Below, piece after piece: positions 34,868 to 43,803 of a stretch of DNA of 64,000 bases. Source of the DNA: an uncultured virus (IMG/VR IMGVR_UViG_3300044678_003809) (taxonomy: Duplodnaviria > Heunggongvirae > Uroviricota > Caudoviricetes). The position numbers and the translations under genes are program-made. Numbering within the stretch: position 1 is the stretch's first letter; each line of letters begins with the position of its first letter. The notes under the pieces were generated by a model that did no database searches, was not told the DNA's origin, and worked only from the letters and a program-made list of their open reading frames with translations. The stretch lies in the IMG/VR virus record IMGVR_UViG_3300044678_003809, one strand, 5' to 3'.

Positions 34868-37411
34868 ATGTCTCGCGACCGGCACTTCGACCACCAAGCC
34901 CCCACCGCCACCGCGGTCCTGATCGACACGGCTTTCGATCCCTCGTTGTTGCCACCTGGCTGCTACGTGGCCACAACCGCCTCCGAGGCGTACGAGTTCG
35001 CACGGCTCGGCATCGAGGCCGGTGTGCTCGACGTGCTCGGTGAGAAGGACGAGGCGGACGGCAGCACCACGCTGGTGTTCACCCCCGCCCACGAGGGCTC
35101 GACGCGCCCCAACAGCGAGGCGCTCGTGGGCGCGATCTCGCTCGGGCCCGCCTACTTCCAGGCGCCGCTGCGGGAGTACCAGGAGTGGCCGCTCAAGTGG
35201 TGGCGCGAGGTCATCCAGAACGCCGTCGATGCCGGCGCTCGGAACGTCCAACTCGGGACGATCAAGAACGAGGACGGCAGCTACACCGTCTTCTGTCAGG
35301 ACGACGGCGGGGGCATGTCCCGGGAGGTCCTGTTCGACAAGTTCCTCGTGATGGGCGGCACCACGAAGGAAGGCGGCGCCGCGGGGACCACGGGCGGCTT
35401 CGGCAAGGCGAAGGAGCTGATCCTGCTGCCCTGGCTGCAGTGGACCGTGACCTCGGGCCGGTTCACCGTGATCGCGCCTTCGGGTGGCGCGTCCTGGCGA
35501 GCCACCGAGAGCGACACCCACTACCGGGGCACGCGGGTCGAGGTCCGCCAGCCCGCGGGGAACCACACGACGATCGAGGCCGCCATGGAGTTCCTCCAGC
35601 GGTCGTGGATTCCGCGGGTCCGCTTCACGCTGACGCACGACGGCGTGCCGGTCGAGACGCCCAAGGGGTTCCAGACGTCGAACCGCGACCCCATCCGCAC
35701 GCAAGACAACATGGACATCTTCTTCGTCGAGACCGAGGACCAGCGCAACTACGCGTGGGTCCGCATCAACGGGCTGTTCATGTTCCAGCGGTACGTGTCG
35801 GACATCAAAGGGCAGCTCGTGGTCGAGCTGCGCGGGTCCTCCATCGAGAACCTCACGAGCAACCGTGACGGGTTCTCGCACTGGAGCATCTCGAACCAGC
35901 TCGAGCGGTACCTCAGCGAGGTGTCGAAGGACACCTCGTCGGCGCTCAAGGCCAAGAAGGGGCTGTTCAAGAAACGGTATTCGCAGGGCCTGAAGACCAA
36001 GGCCGACGTTCCCATCGCGACCCCGTTCATGGAGGTCGAGACCTCGGGGGCGGGCGGGAAGCGCACGCTGACCACCCAGGGGGTGCAGGACGTCGTCGAC
36101 CAGTTGACCGAACAGGCCCAGGGGGAGAGCCCCGGGGACGACTCTGGGTCGGGCTCAGAGAGCGACGGGGGCTCCGGTGGCTACGGGGGCTCGGACTCGG
36201 ACTCGGAGACCGGCGGGGGGTCGTGGGCCGGTGGGTCCGGTTCGGGCATCGGCGGCTCGGGCTCGGGGACCAGCGGGAAGCGGACCAAGGGCGGTGGCGC
36301 TCCGGGGGGTCGGGTCCAGGCCCTCGTCGAGATTTCGAGCCTCCAGTCGGTGCTGATCGCGTGCCCCGACCTGCTCGAGGCCCTCATGGCAGATTCCGAC
36401 CGCCAACTCGAGTCGGCGCTGAAGCAGTTGTCGTGGCGCCCGGACTTCATCGTGATGAACGAGATCGAGAACTTCAAAGTCCCACCGAAGTTCCTGCCCG
36501 AAACCATGTCCGTGGGTGTGATTCGCTTGGCGAAGATGTGGACCGAAATCTGCCGCTGGGTGCTGATGCAGCTCGGCTGCGGCGAGCCCTTCGCGGTCGG
36601 GTTCACGTTCGACGAGTCCACGATGGCCTCGTACCTGAAGGAGGACGACGAGAACTGGCTGCTGCTCAACCCGTTCGCCACGCCCCAGGGCGTCAGCCCC
36701 CTGCTCAGGCGCATCGGCCGCGGCGAGAAGAGCGCCGCCAGCGACCTCGAGGTGTTGCGGGTGACCGAGCGCGAGCACTTCCGCCTGCTCTACGCCCTGG
36801 CCGTCCACGAATGTACGCACTTCGCCAACGGCATCAACTACCACGACGAGGCGTTCGCGTCGGCGATGACCCAGAACTTCGCTCGCTGCGCGGACGGCAT
36901 GGGCCAGTACCGGACCCTGCTCAACGCCACCGCGAGCCGCCGCGGCCCCGCGAAGACCCCCGTCCGCAAAGCCCCTGCGCAGGCCAAGCCGAGAACGCGG
37001 GTGCCACCGAACCTGTCGGAGAACACGCAGGCTGTGTGGGTGCTGGTGTACGAGGCCATCCCGAGCCTCCTGACCAAGGAACGGGACACCCTCCAACGGC
37101 TCATCGAGGCCCCCCAGTGGATCGACGACCTCGAGGCGCTCCGCGACCACCTGTCCGCGCTGTACTACGCGATGGCCTCCCCCTACGACGGGGTCATGCT
37201 CGCGGCTCGCGGCGCCGTAGACCGTTTGTTGTTCCAATCGGGGGTCGACATCTCCGAGAACATCGTGAACGCCTATCAGGAGATCTTCGGATGCCTCGCG
37301 TGGGAAGGCTCAGGGACAACAGACGACATCTGGCGGCGGCTCGCCCCCTTCCTCCAGCAGACCGCGCGCATCTTGCACAACCCGCGGTTCGAGCGGCTGA
37401 TGCGCATCTGA
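34868..37411 (+). CDS. GHKL (Hsp90/MORC-like) ATPase with Gly/Ser linker and HExxH domain
   Basis: REVIQNAVDA, DDGGGM, GGFGKAK, GTRV motifs; HECTH. Confidence 0.8.
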   Translation: MSRDRHFDHQAPTATAVLIDTAFDPSLLPPGCYVATTASEAYEFARLGIEAGVLDVLGEKDEADGSTTLVFTPAHEGSTRPNSEALVGAISLGPAYFQAPLREYQEWPLKWWREVIQNAVDAGARNVQLGTIKNEDGSYTVFCQDDGGGMSREVLFDKFLVMGGTTKEGGAAGTTGGFGKAKELILLPWLQWTVTSGRFTVIAPSGGASWRATESDTHYRGTRVEVRQPAGNHTTIEAAMEFLQRSWIPRVRFTLTHDGVPVETPKGFQTSNRDPIRTQDNMDIFFVETEDQRNYAWVRINGLFMFQRYVSDIKGQLVVELRGSSIENLTSNRDGFSHWSISNQLERYLSEVSKDTSSALKAKKGLFKKRYSQGLKTKADVPIATPFMEVETSGAGGKRTLTTQGVQDVVDQLTEQAQGESPGDDSGSGSESDGGSGGYGGSDSDSETGGGSWAGGSGSGIGGSGSGTSGKRTKGGGAPGGRVQALVEISSLQSVLIACPDLLEALMADSDRQLESALKQLSWRPDFIVMNEIENFKVPPKFLPETMSVGVIRLAKMWTEICRWVLMQLGCGEPFAVGFTFDESTMASYLKEDDENWLLLNPFATPQGVSPLLRRIGRGEKSAASDLEVLRVTEREHFRLLYALAVHECTHFANGINYHDEAFASAMTQNFARCADGMGQYRTLLNATASRRGPAKTPVRKAPAQAKPRTRVPPNLSENTQAVWVLVYEAIPSLLTKERDTLQRLIEAPQWIDDLEALRDHLSALYYAMASPYDGVMLAARGAVDRLLFQSGVDISENIVNAYQEIFGCLAWEGSGTTDDIWRRLAPFLQQTARILHNPRFERLMRI

Positions 37412-37422
37412 ATCAGGACTGA

Positions 37423-37438
37423 CCCCGCCGGAGCGGGG
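37423..37438. terminator. GC hairpin between convergent genes
   Basis: CCCCGC-CGGA-GCGGGG; no U tract. Confidence 0.35.
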
Positions 37439-37449
37439 GGCGTCGAACG

Positions 37450-37953
37450 TCAGAGATAGCTCGGCAGCACGGTGTTGAGGGTCAGAACCCCGGTGCGCAC
37501 CGAATATCCCGCGCCATCGGCGACGTAGACGCCGTACTCCGTCTCGCTCCCGTCGTAGACGAAGTAGAACGTGCGCTCGGTGGTCTCTTCCAGCGCCTGC
37601 GTGTTCAACACGAGCGCCGGCTCGTCGATGAACAGCTCCGTCTCCGTCAGCCCCGCCTCCCGAGGGTCCGCGCCCTCGGGCAGGATCGCATCGATCAAGG
37701 GCTGATAGGCACTCCCGTTTCGACGGCTCCGCGGGACGTCCCGCATCCCGAGTTCGCACATGCGGTCGATTTCGCGAGTGGCATGCCCGCCCTGGAGCGC
37801 AGCCTGACACGCCGCCTTCAACGCCCGGGTGGCGATGTGGTGCTTGCGGGTGCCGAACTCTTCGAGACCGACGAGTGTGGCCCGGTTGTAGACCTCGCGC
37901 AGCAATTCCCCCTCTGCGTTCGGACGGTGAGTTGCAATACGACGGCGCATCAT
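37450..37953 (-). CDS. hypothetical protein
   Basis: AAGGAG RBS before MMRRRIA. Confidence 0.6.
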   Translation of the reverse strand: MMRRRIATHRPNAEGELLREVYNRATLVGLEEFGTRKHHIATRALKAACQAALQGGHATREIDRMCELGMRDVPRSRRNGSAYQPLIDAILPEGADPREAGLTETELFIDEPALVLNTQALEETTERTFYFVYDGSETEYGVYVADGAGYSVRTGVLTLNTVLPSYL

Positions 37954-38031
37954 GGTGGGCTCCTTGAAAATAGCTCTGGGGACGGATGTGACTGCCGCCA
38001 GTATATCCGCAAATGGATGATTGAACATCCC

Positions 38032-38508
38032 CTACGGCGTCCATCTCCAGACGGGCGGGTTGGGGTCCACGGCGTGGACGAGCACGAACGCGCTTGGTAG
38101 CACCCGCCGGGCTTCGCGGGCCGTGTGCCCCGAGCTGAGGACGTTGTCGACGAGCACCAGCGTCCCGAGGGGTAGTGACCCGACGAGGTGGAAGCCGAGG
38201 TCGACACGCGTGGGGTCGACCCCGATCTTCTTCAACGCGTGGAGACTCGCTCGAGGGCAGCCCCGGAGGACGTCCGCCACGCGGCAGCCCGTGAGCGCGG
38301 CCAGGTGCTCGGCGAGCAGGAGGCCCGCGCCGCCGTACCCTCTGCTGCTGGGGATCGGTACGAGCACCGCGTCGTGGGGGACGTGGGGGGCCATGTCGAG
38401 CGCCATCAGGTAGGCGGCGGCGTCCGAGCCACGCTTCAGCGCGTGCTGCAGATCACGTACCCCGGGGTCGCGGTAGTAGTCCAGCGCCGGCAGAAGCCAG
38501 GGGTGCAT
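38032..38508 (-). CDS. phosphoribosyltransferase-like (ComF-type) protein
   Basis: LVPIPSS and VLVDNVLSSGHT PRPP-loop motif. Confidence 0.7.
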   Translation of the reverse strand: MHPWLLPALDYYRDPGVRDLQHALKRGSDAAAYLMALDMAPHVPHDAVLVPIPSSRGYGGAGLLLAEHLAALTGCRVADVLRGCPRASLHALKKIGVDPTRVDLGFHLVGSLPLGTLVLVDNVLSSGHTAREARRVLPSAFVLVHAVDPNPPVWRWTP

Positions 38509-38511
38509 CGA

Positions 38512-39072
38512 TCAGCCCGAGGACGCGATCTGGGCAACATCCTGAGGCGTGAGAATGAAAGCGCCTTTCCCGTCCCGAGCAGCTTGCACCCACTGCAAAC
38601 GGTTTCGATACGGCTGCCCAACGCGGGAATTCAGCTCGTCCACCATGACCTTGACGTTTTGCGCAAAAGGACCGGTGGGCGCCACGAGGAAGGTCATGTA
38701 CGGGAAGCTCCGGTCTGCCCGGTGCACTGCCATGGCAAACTCGAGGAACGGCTCGAGAATCTCAAGGTCTGGGTCTTTCCATGAGTCGAAGGAAGGCGCC
38801 AGCGCAATCAGTATGCGGGGCCGGGTCGCTTGTGTCGTCAGCCGCTCCGCTTCTTTTTTCCCTGGGTATTGGAGCGGTCCGTCCTTGCCCTTGCCCATGA
38901 TGCGCTTGTCCACCAGCAACATGGACCACCGCTGGAGTGCCTTGGACAGGTAGGTGGCGTCGAGGGCCCCGTTGCCGTAGACGTGGAGCGAATCACGCAA
39001 CACGGCCGGCTTCTTCAAAGCCAGCGCAGCCGCCCCAATGCCTAGTGCCGCAAGTAGGATTCCGATGTTCAG
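38512..39072 (-). CDS. N-terminally anchored hypothetical protein (probable CTG start)
   Basis: Leader NIGILLAALG identical to upstream gene. Confidence 0.55.
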   Translation of the reverse strand: MNIGILLAALGIGAAALALKKPAVLRDSLHVYGNGALDATYLSKALQRWSMLLVDKRIMGKGKDGPLQYPGKKEAERLTTQATRPRILIALAPSFDSWKDPDLEILEPFLEFAMAVHRADRSFPYMTFLVAPTGPFAQNVKVMVDELNSRVGQPYRNRLQWVQAARDGKGAFILTPQDVAQIASSG

Positions 39073-39123
39073 GTCGTTCTACCTTTCGATCTACCCAGCG
39101 CCGGGAGGAGCCCAGTGTGCATT

Positions 39124-39789
39124 TCAGCGCGGGATCGCGTCGTTGATCAGGCTCGATACCAAGCTGTCGGCCATCAGCTCCGACCAGGGCTGCTCCTGGT
39201 TCAGCCACTGGTCGAAGTAGATTACCCGGATGGGTCCACCACTACCGAACGACGCCCCGAACGACGCATCCCCGTCACCCGTACCGCCCTCTGCGATGAG
39301 TGCAATACCGTTTTTGCCGAAGCGGTACGCCAGACCAGACGCGTTCGCATCCCAGAATTGGCCGTACAGCGCGCCCTCCTCAATCGGGTGCTGAAGGCTT
39401 GTCAGCATGCTCCCCACAGTACGTGAGAATGCGAGCACCACGATCGTGGGCTCCTTGTCCGTAACGAGGAGGCGGGCCACGTTCGCCGTTTCGACGCTCG
39501 ACCACCGACGGAGAAGAGCCTGCGGGGTCGTCTTTACGACCCTGGCGAGCCTGATGCCCACCGAGGCCATGTCTTGGTGGAAACGACCGTTCTCCGGGGG
39601 CGGGTCCATGTCCGTCCAGATCACCATCCGGTACTTGGCCTTCGGTGGTGCCGCGTCGGAGACCTGCTGCGCGCTCGCGGGCTTCTTCTTGGGGAGCGGT
39701 GATACGACGTCTTCAGACGCCTTCTTCTTCTTGCCCAAGAGGGCCCACGCTCCAACACCCAGTGCCGCAAGTAGGATTCCGATGTTCAT
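39124..39789 (-). CDS. N-terminally anchored hypothetical protein
   Basis: MNIGILLAALGVGAWALLGKKKK. Confidence 0.65.
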   Translation of the reverse strand: MNIGILLAALGVGAWALLGKKKKASEDVVSPLPKKKPASAQQVSDAAPPKAKYRMVIWTDMDPPPENGRFHQDMASVGIRLARVVKTTPQALLRRWSSVETANVARLLVTDKEPTIVVLAFSRTVGSMLTSLQHPIEEGALYGQFWDANASGLAYRFGKNGIALIAEGGTGDGDASFGASFGSGGPIRVIYFDQWLNQEQPWSELMADSLVSSLINDAIPR

Positions 39790-39807
39790 GCCGTTCTCTC
39801 TTTCGTA

Positions 39808-40491
39808 TTACCGGACGCTCTGCAGGATGTACTTCCAGTGCCAAGCCTCGCCGGGCTTGCTCGGGCTCGCGTAGGCGTACTCACAGAAACCGTATCGCCA
39901 CGCATTTTCGGCGAGCCATCGGTAGACCGCAGAGCGCCGGATGGGCTCGTTGCTGCTCTTCTGGATGGGGTAGCCCAGGTAGAGGTCCACCGCGCAGCCT
40001 GTCTCGTGGTCCGAGGACCCCGGTGGCGCCACCCAGGTGCGGGCCGCTTCCTCGATCTGAGCCTCGCTCCACCCGGGGTGGAGTTCACGCTGTTTCTGCT
40101 TCTGGCTCGTGAAGAGCCGCGTCTGCGTGGCGAGCGTCCGGTAGCCGCTGACCACGCTGAAGAGGGGGGCCGCGAACCCCGCTCGGCGGGCGTCATCGCG
40201 CATCCGGTTGTAGGCGACGGCGGCCTCCGGGTGCAGCCGCTCCTGCGAGCCCGTGCTCTCGACATCGACCAGCTCGTCCATCCGGTTGTGCATGTGGGTC
40301 ATGTCACGACGGCGGGCGTTGTTCGAGCAGAGGTCCGGGTCCGGGGGCGGAGCCCGGTCGTCCTCGGAGTCGTCGCGGCCCGGGGGCCCCGGGCGGCGCG
40401 CGCTGGTGGATGCTTTCGCACGCGAGGCGAGTATGACGGCCCCCGCAACAACGAGCAGGGCCACGCCCTTCTTCTTCTGCGGGGTCATCAT
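39808..40491 (-). CDS. M15 (VanY-like) peptidoglycan peptidase with N-terminal anchor
   Basis: SGYR, APPGSSDHETGCAVD, EAWHW. Confidence 0.9.
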   Translation of the reverse strand: MMTPQKKKGVALLVVAGAVILASRAKASTSARRPGPPGRDDSEDDRAPPPDPDLCSNNARRRDMTHMHNRMDELVDVESTGSQERLHPEAAVAYNRMRDDARRAGFAAPLFSVVSGYRTLATQTRLFTSQKQKQRELHPGWSEAQIEEAARTWVAPPGSSDHETGCAVDLYLGYPIQKSSNEPIRRSAVYRWLAENAWRYGFCEYAYASPSKPGEAWHWKYILQSVR

Positions 40492-40493
40492 GG

Positions 40494-40967
40494 TCAGCCT
40501 CGACGTGCGTACATCACGGCCCCGACGATGCCCGCGGCGAGCAGCAGTACGCCGACTCCGCGCTTCGACTTGGGGGCGGGTGCTTCCGTGGCCGCAGGGG
40601 CCGGCGCGGGGCCCGGTGCCCCCTCGGGCGTCATGCCGTCGGGCAGCGCGGCGCCATGCTCTTCACCCGCGTAGCCGCGGCCGAGGCCCGGGGTCGCCAT
40701 GGGGGTCGTGAGGGCCTGGATGGCCGACTGCAGGCTCTGCCGCAGACGAGGGGCCTCGATGGCCTCGACGAAGTTCCGAGCCCGCGTGACGTGGACCAGC
40801 GCGGCGCTACCCTCGTTCGAGATTGAGGTGGCCAGCAGGGCCTGCGCGGTCTTGAGCCGGTCGCTGATCCAGATCTGGTTCGTCGAACTGATGAACGTAC
40901 TCGCCGAGGTGGCCTGGAGGGCGTCCTTGAGCAGCCGCAGCGCATCTCTCTCGGGCGTGGTGAGCAT
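40494..40967 (-). CDS. putative virion membrane protein
   Basis: PGLG motif, Pro/Ala linker, C-terminal TM. Confidence 0.6.
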   Translation of the reverse strand: MLTTPERDALRLLKDALQATSASTFISSTNQIWISDRLKTAQALLATSISNEGSAALVHVTRARNFVEAIEAPRLRQSLQSAIQALTTPMATPGLGRGYAGEEHGAALPDGMTPEGAPGPAPAPAATEAPAPKSKRGVGVLLLAAGIVGAVMYARRG

Positions 40968-40968
40968 T

Positions 40969-41226
40969 TCAGCCTCGCTTGAGCGCCATGTAGGCGGCAC
41001 CCAGCCCCCCGAGCAGCAGGAAGAACGCGCCGGGGGAGACCGACGACTTCTTCGGCGCCGGGGCGTCCTCGGGCACGACCCCACCAGCGGGTGGCGCAGC
41101 AGGGGGGACCGCCATGTTCGGGGGCAGATTCACACCCGCGGGGGGCGCGTCACCGAGGGGACCGTAGGGAGTGTGGTATGAGAGCCCGAGAGGGCTGCCC
41201 AGGGGACCGCCGCAACAACCAGCCAT
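40969..41226 (-). CDS. small putative virion membrane protein
   Basis: PLG motifs; C-terminal TM plus KRG. Confidence 0.6.
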   Translation of the reverse strand: MAGCCGGPLGSPLGLSYHTPYGPLGDAPPAGVNLPPNMAVPPAAPPAGGVVPEDAPAPKKSSVSPGAFFLLLGGLGAAYMALKRG

Positions 41227-41295
41227 GGAAACCTCCAGCAGAGAGAAAGACGAGCGCAGTGCTCTACTTGTACCGACGTGTGGGTCGGAAAGGAA

Positions 41296-41889
41296 TCACT
41301 TTCCGACGATGCGATCCGTGGGATCGAAGCGCAGCGAGAACACCAGACCCTTCTGGTACTCGGTGGCCTTGCGCGGCCTCTGACGCAGGATCACGCCCTG
41401 GCCGGTCTGGCCGCCGGGGAACGTCCCGAAGGCGTTGCCGCCGATGGTCTCGATGTTCTCCTCGTCCACGCCGATGCACACCTCGATGTGCTCGCCTTCC
41501 TTGGGCCGCTTGACTCCCGTCCGGCCGAAGCTGCAGATGTCCCCGGGGAGCGTGTCCGCGGGAGCCACGTAGCGAAGTCTCCCGTCCTTCTTGGCCAGGC
41601 AGAGCATGCGGTAGGTGGACGCCAGGTCGCCTTCCTCGGGGCGCTTCTTGACGGCCACCAGTTCGGGGGAGACGCCCGCGAGAATCGCGATGAAGCCGGC
41701 GAAGGCCCCACACCACTCGGCGTCGCCGTCGTGCATGTAGGTCTTGGCGGCGGACATGCGCAGCGCCTTCAGGTACTCGCGGATGCGCATCCAGTTGAGC
41801 CCGGGGGCCTCGTGGATGTCCCGGGCCCACTCGGCCTTGGCATTCTGAACGATGCTGCGCGAGAGTTCGGACACGACCACGATACTCAT
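41296..41889 (-). CDS. CHAP/NlpC-P60-like amidase
   Basis: EWCGAFA, PGDI, GEHIEV, ETIGGN; GGAGG RBS. Confidence 0.7.
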   Translation of the reverse strand: MSIVVVSELSRSIVQNAKAEWARDIHEAPGLNWMRIREYLKALRMSAAKTYMHDGDAEWCGAFAGFIAILAGVSPELVAVKKRPEEGDLASTYRMLCLAKKDGRLRYVAPADTLPGDICSFGRTGVKRPKEGEHIEVCIGVDEENIETIGGNAFGTFPGGQTGQGVILRQRPRKATEYQKGLVFSLRFDPTDRIVGK

Positions 41890-41936
41890 CGAACCTCCGA
41901 TGCCTGTGAGGGGTCGGCCAAGCCGCCCGGTGAGTC

Positions 41937-43349
41937 TCAGGACCTCGCGCGGTACCGGGCCCGCTCGGCGGCTGCCCGCTCCTCGAACTCCCGGCGGGCC
42001 TCGTCCACGGCGGCCTTGTTCTCGAGCACCCACTGCGCGCCCTTGGGCGTGTAGGCGGGCACTTGAGAGGCCACGAAAACCGTATTCCCGTGGTCGTCTG
42101 AGGTCTCGTACACGTCCACCACGAAGGCGCCGAAGTCCGACCTCGAGGCCCGACCGCCGACGTCGAGGTAGGTCGGCGCCTTGAAGCGCAGCCCGACTAC
42201 GACTGGCCCCCCCTGGGCATACGGATGGAAGCGGTCGAGGGGACGCATGTCGTGCTCGTCACCGTTGATGACCGGCACCCCCATGAACGACCGAGGCTGC
42301 ACGAACCGTCCGGGGCGATTCTCGCCAGGCTGTTGGTTGTCTGGGTGGAAGAACGGCACGGCCAGATTGCGACCGAGGGCCATCTCGCGGCTCATCAGCC
42401 CGATGTTCTTCGGCGTGCTCCACGAGAACGTCAGGTGGTAGTTGAGTTCGGCCGCGTGGTTGCGACCCGGCACCTTCGTGTAGTCGTAGAACTGGATGCC
42501 CGGGAGTTCCGTGAACAGCTCGGGGCAGATCAGCTCCCAGGGCAGGTCCGACAGCGTGTTCATGCGCCCGAAGGCGGCCGAACTCTCGGCGAGCGCCTCG
42601 CAGCCCCACTGCTGGAAGCCTCGGATGACCAAGTGCATGAACGCGTCGGGGTAGTGGCGTAGCATCCAACTGCGCCACATCTTGGCCTTGTACGCGGTCC
42701 CCATCAGCGGGATTCCGCCCTTCTTGTCGGCGATGGCGTGACGGCCTGAGGCCACCAGACACGCCGCCTTGCAATTCTCGACGGCTCGGAAACAGAAGGT
42801 GGGCTCACGGCCCTCCTTGCGGGTGATCAGGGCCCGGCGCTGCTCGATCCAGGTGCTGCGCTGGCCCATGAAGGACAGCCCATGAGGCGCGAGGGAGACA
42901 CCCTTCGAGCCCATGGTGTCCGATCCCACCAGCGCCGCCAGTGACGCCGGCACTTTGTCCATCTTCGTGTTTCCGCTGACGAGGTCTTTGGCCTTGGAGC
43001 GGATGATGGTCTTCGGCTCCCCCGACAGCACCGGATCGCCGAAGACGGTCCGCGTATCGTTGAGCGCGGCGACCACCAACTCGGGACGCATCCGAAGAGC
43101 CGCGTGGAAGTCGATGCGCGGGATCTGCGACAACTCCCACGCCTTGTGAGGAGCCGTGCGGATGTCCTCCTCGAGGTTCTGGTTCTCGCGGACCTCGACG
43201 TCTTCCGGCAGAGCCGTGGCGAGCCACAGGGCCACGCCATCTCGACCCACGAAACGATTCGCGGCAGTGGCCGCGTCGTCCGGGTTGTCCGAGATCGCCA
43301 CGAATCCACCAGCGCGGTCCACGACCAGGTACCCACGATGAAACTGCAC
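41937..43349 (-). CDS. gene-product-88-like protein with N-terminal extension
   Basis: C..ACL..SGR, RMNTLSDLPWE, QFYDYTK, YHLTFSWS, GDEHDMRPLD, VVGLRFK. Confidence 0.75.
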   Translation of the reverse strand: MQFHRGYLVVDRAGGFVAISDNPDDAATAANRFVGRDGVALWLATALPEDVEVRENQNLEEDIRTAPHKAWELSQIPRIDFHAALRMRPELVVAALNDTRTVFGDPVLSGEPKTIIRSKAKDLVSGNTKMDKVPASLAALVGSDTMGSKGVSLAPHGLSFMGQRSTWIEQRRALITRKEGREPTFCFRAVENCKAACLVASGRHAIADKKGGIPLMGTAYKAKMWRSWMLRHYPDAFMHLVIRGFQQWGCEALAESSAAFGRMNTLSDLPWELICPELFTELPGIQFYDYTKVPGRNHAAELNYHLTFSWSTPKNIGLMSREMALGRNLAVPFFHPDNQQPGENRPGRFVQPRSFMGVPVINGDEHDMRPLDRFHPYAQGGPVVVGLRFKAPTYLDVGGRASRSDFGAFVVDVYETSDDHGNTVFVASQVPAYTPKGAQWVLENKAAVDEARREFEERAAAERARYRARS

Positions 43350-43359
43350 GACGACCCCC

Positions 43360-43797
43360 TTACGCAGGCAGAGACTTCTTGGCCTTGCGCTGACCGATGT
43401 AGTAACCGCCCGCGGCCCCTGCGCCGACCAGCGCGAGCCCGATACCGATCGCGACGCCCTTGAGAGTCGGCATCGCCGTGCTCTTGACCCCCTCGACGAA
43501 GGGCGTCACCGCCGGCATGACGATCTCGGTGAGCCACTGGGGCGCCTGTTTTTCCTTGGCCGCCTGAGCGATCGTGCGCGGGTCCACCACGATGGCGCCC
43601 ATGATGCCCGCCGCGATCTTCGAGCCCACCGCCTGGCCCTGCTTGTACAGCACGGGCTCGAGCTTCTTGATCTGGGCCTTGTACTGCCCGAGCACCCGGC
43701 CCTCGACCTCCTTCTCGATGAGCCGCCGCACGTTGTCGGGGATGTTCTTGATGCCGGCGGCCGAGAGAAGCTCGTCAGTGATGGAGCCGAGCGCCAT
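43360..43797 (-). CDS. putative virion membrane protein
   Basis: MALGS start; C-terminal TM plus basic tail. Confidence 0.65.
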   Translation of the reverse strand: MALGSITDELLSAAGIKNIPDNVRRLIEKEVEGRVLGQYKAQIKKLEPVLYKQGQAVGSKIAAGIMGAIVVDPRTIAQAAKEKQAPQWLTEIVMPAVTPFVEGVKSTAMPTLKGVAIGIGLALVGAGAAGGYYIGQRKAKKSLPA

Positions 43798-43803
43798 GGT
43801 GGA

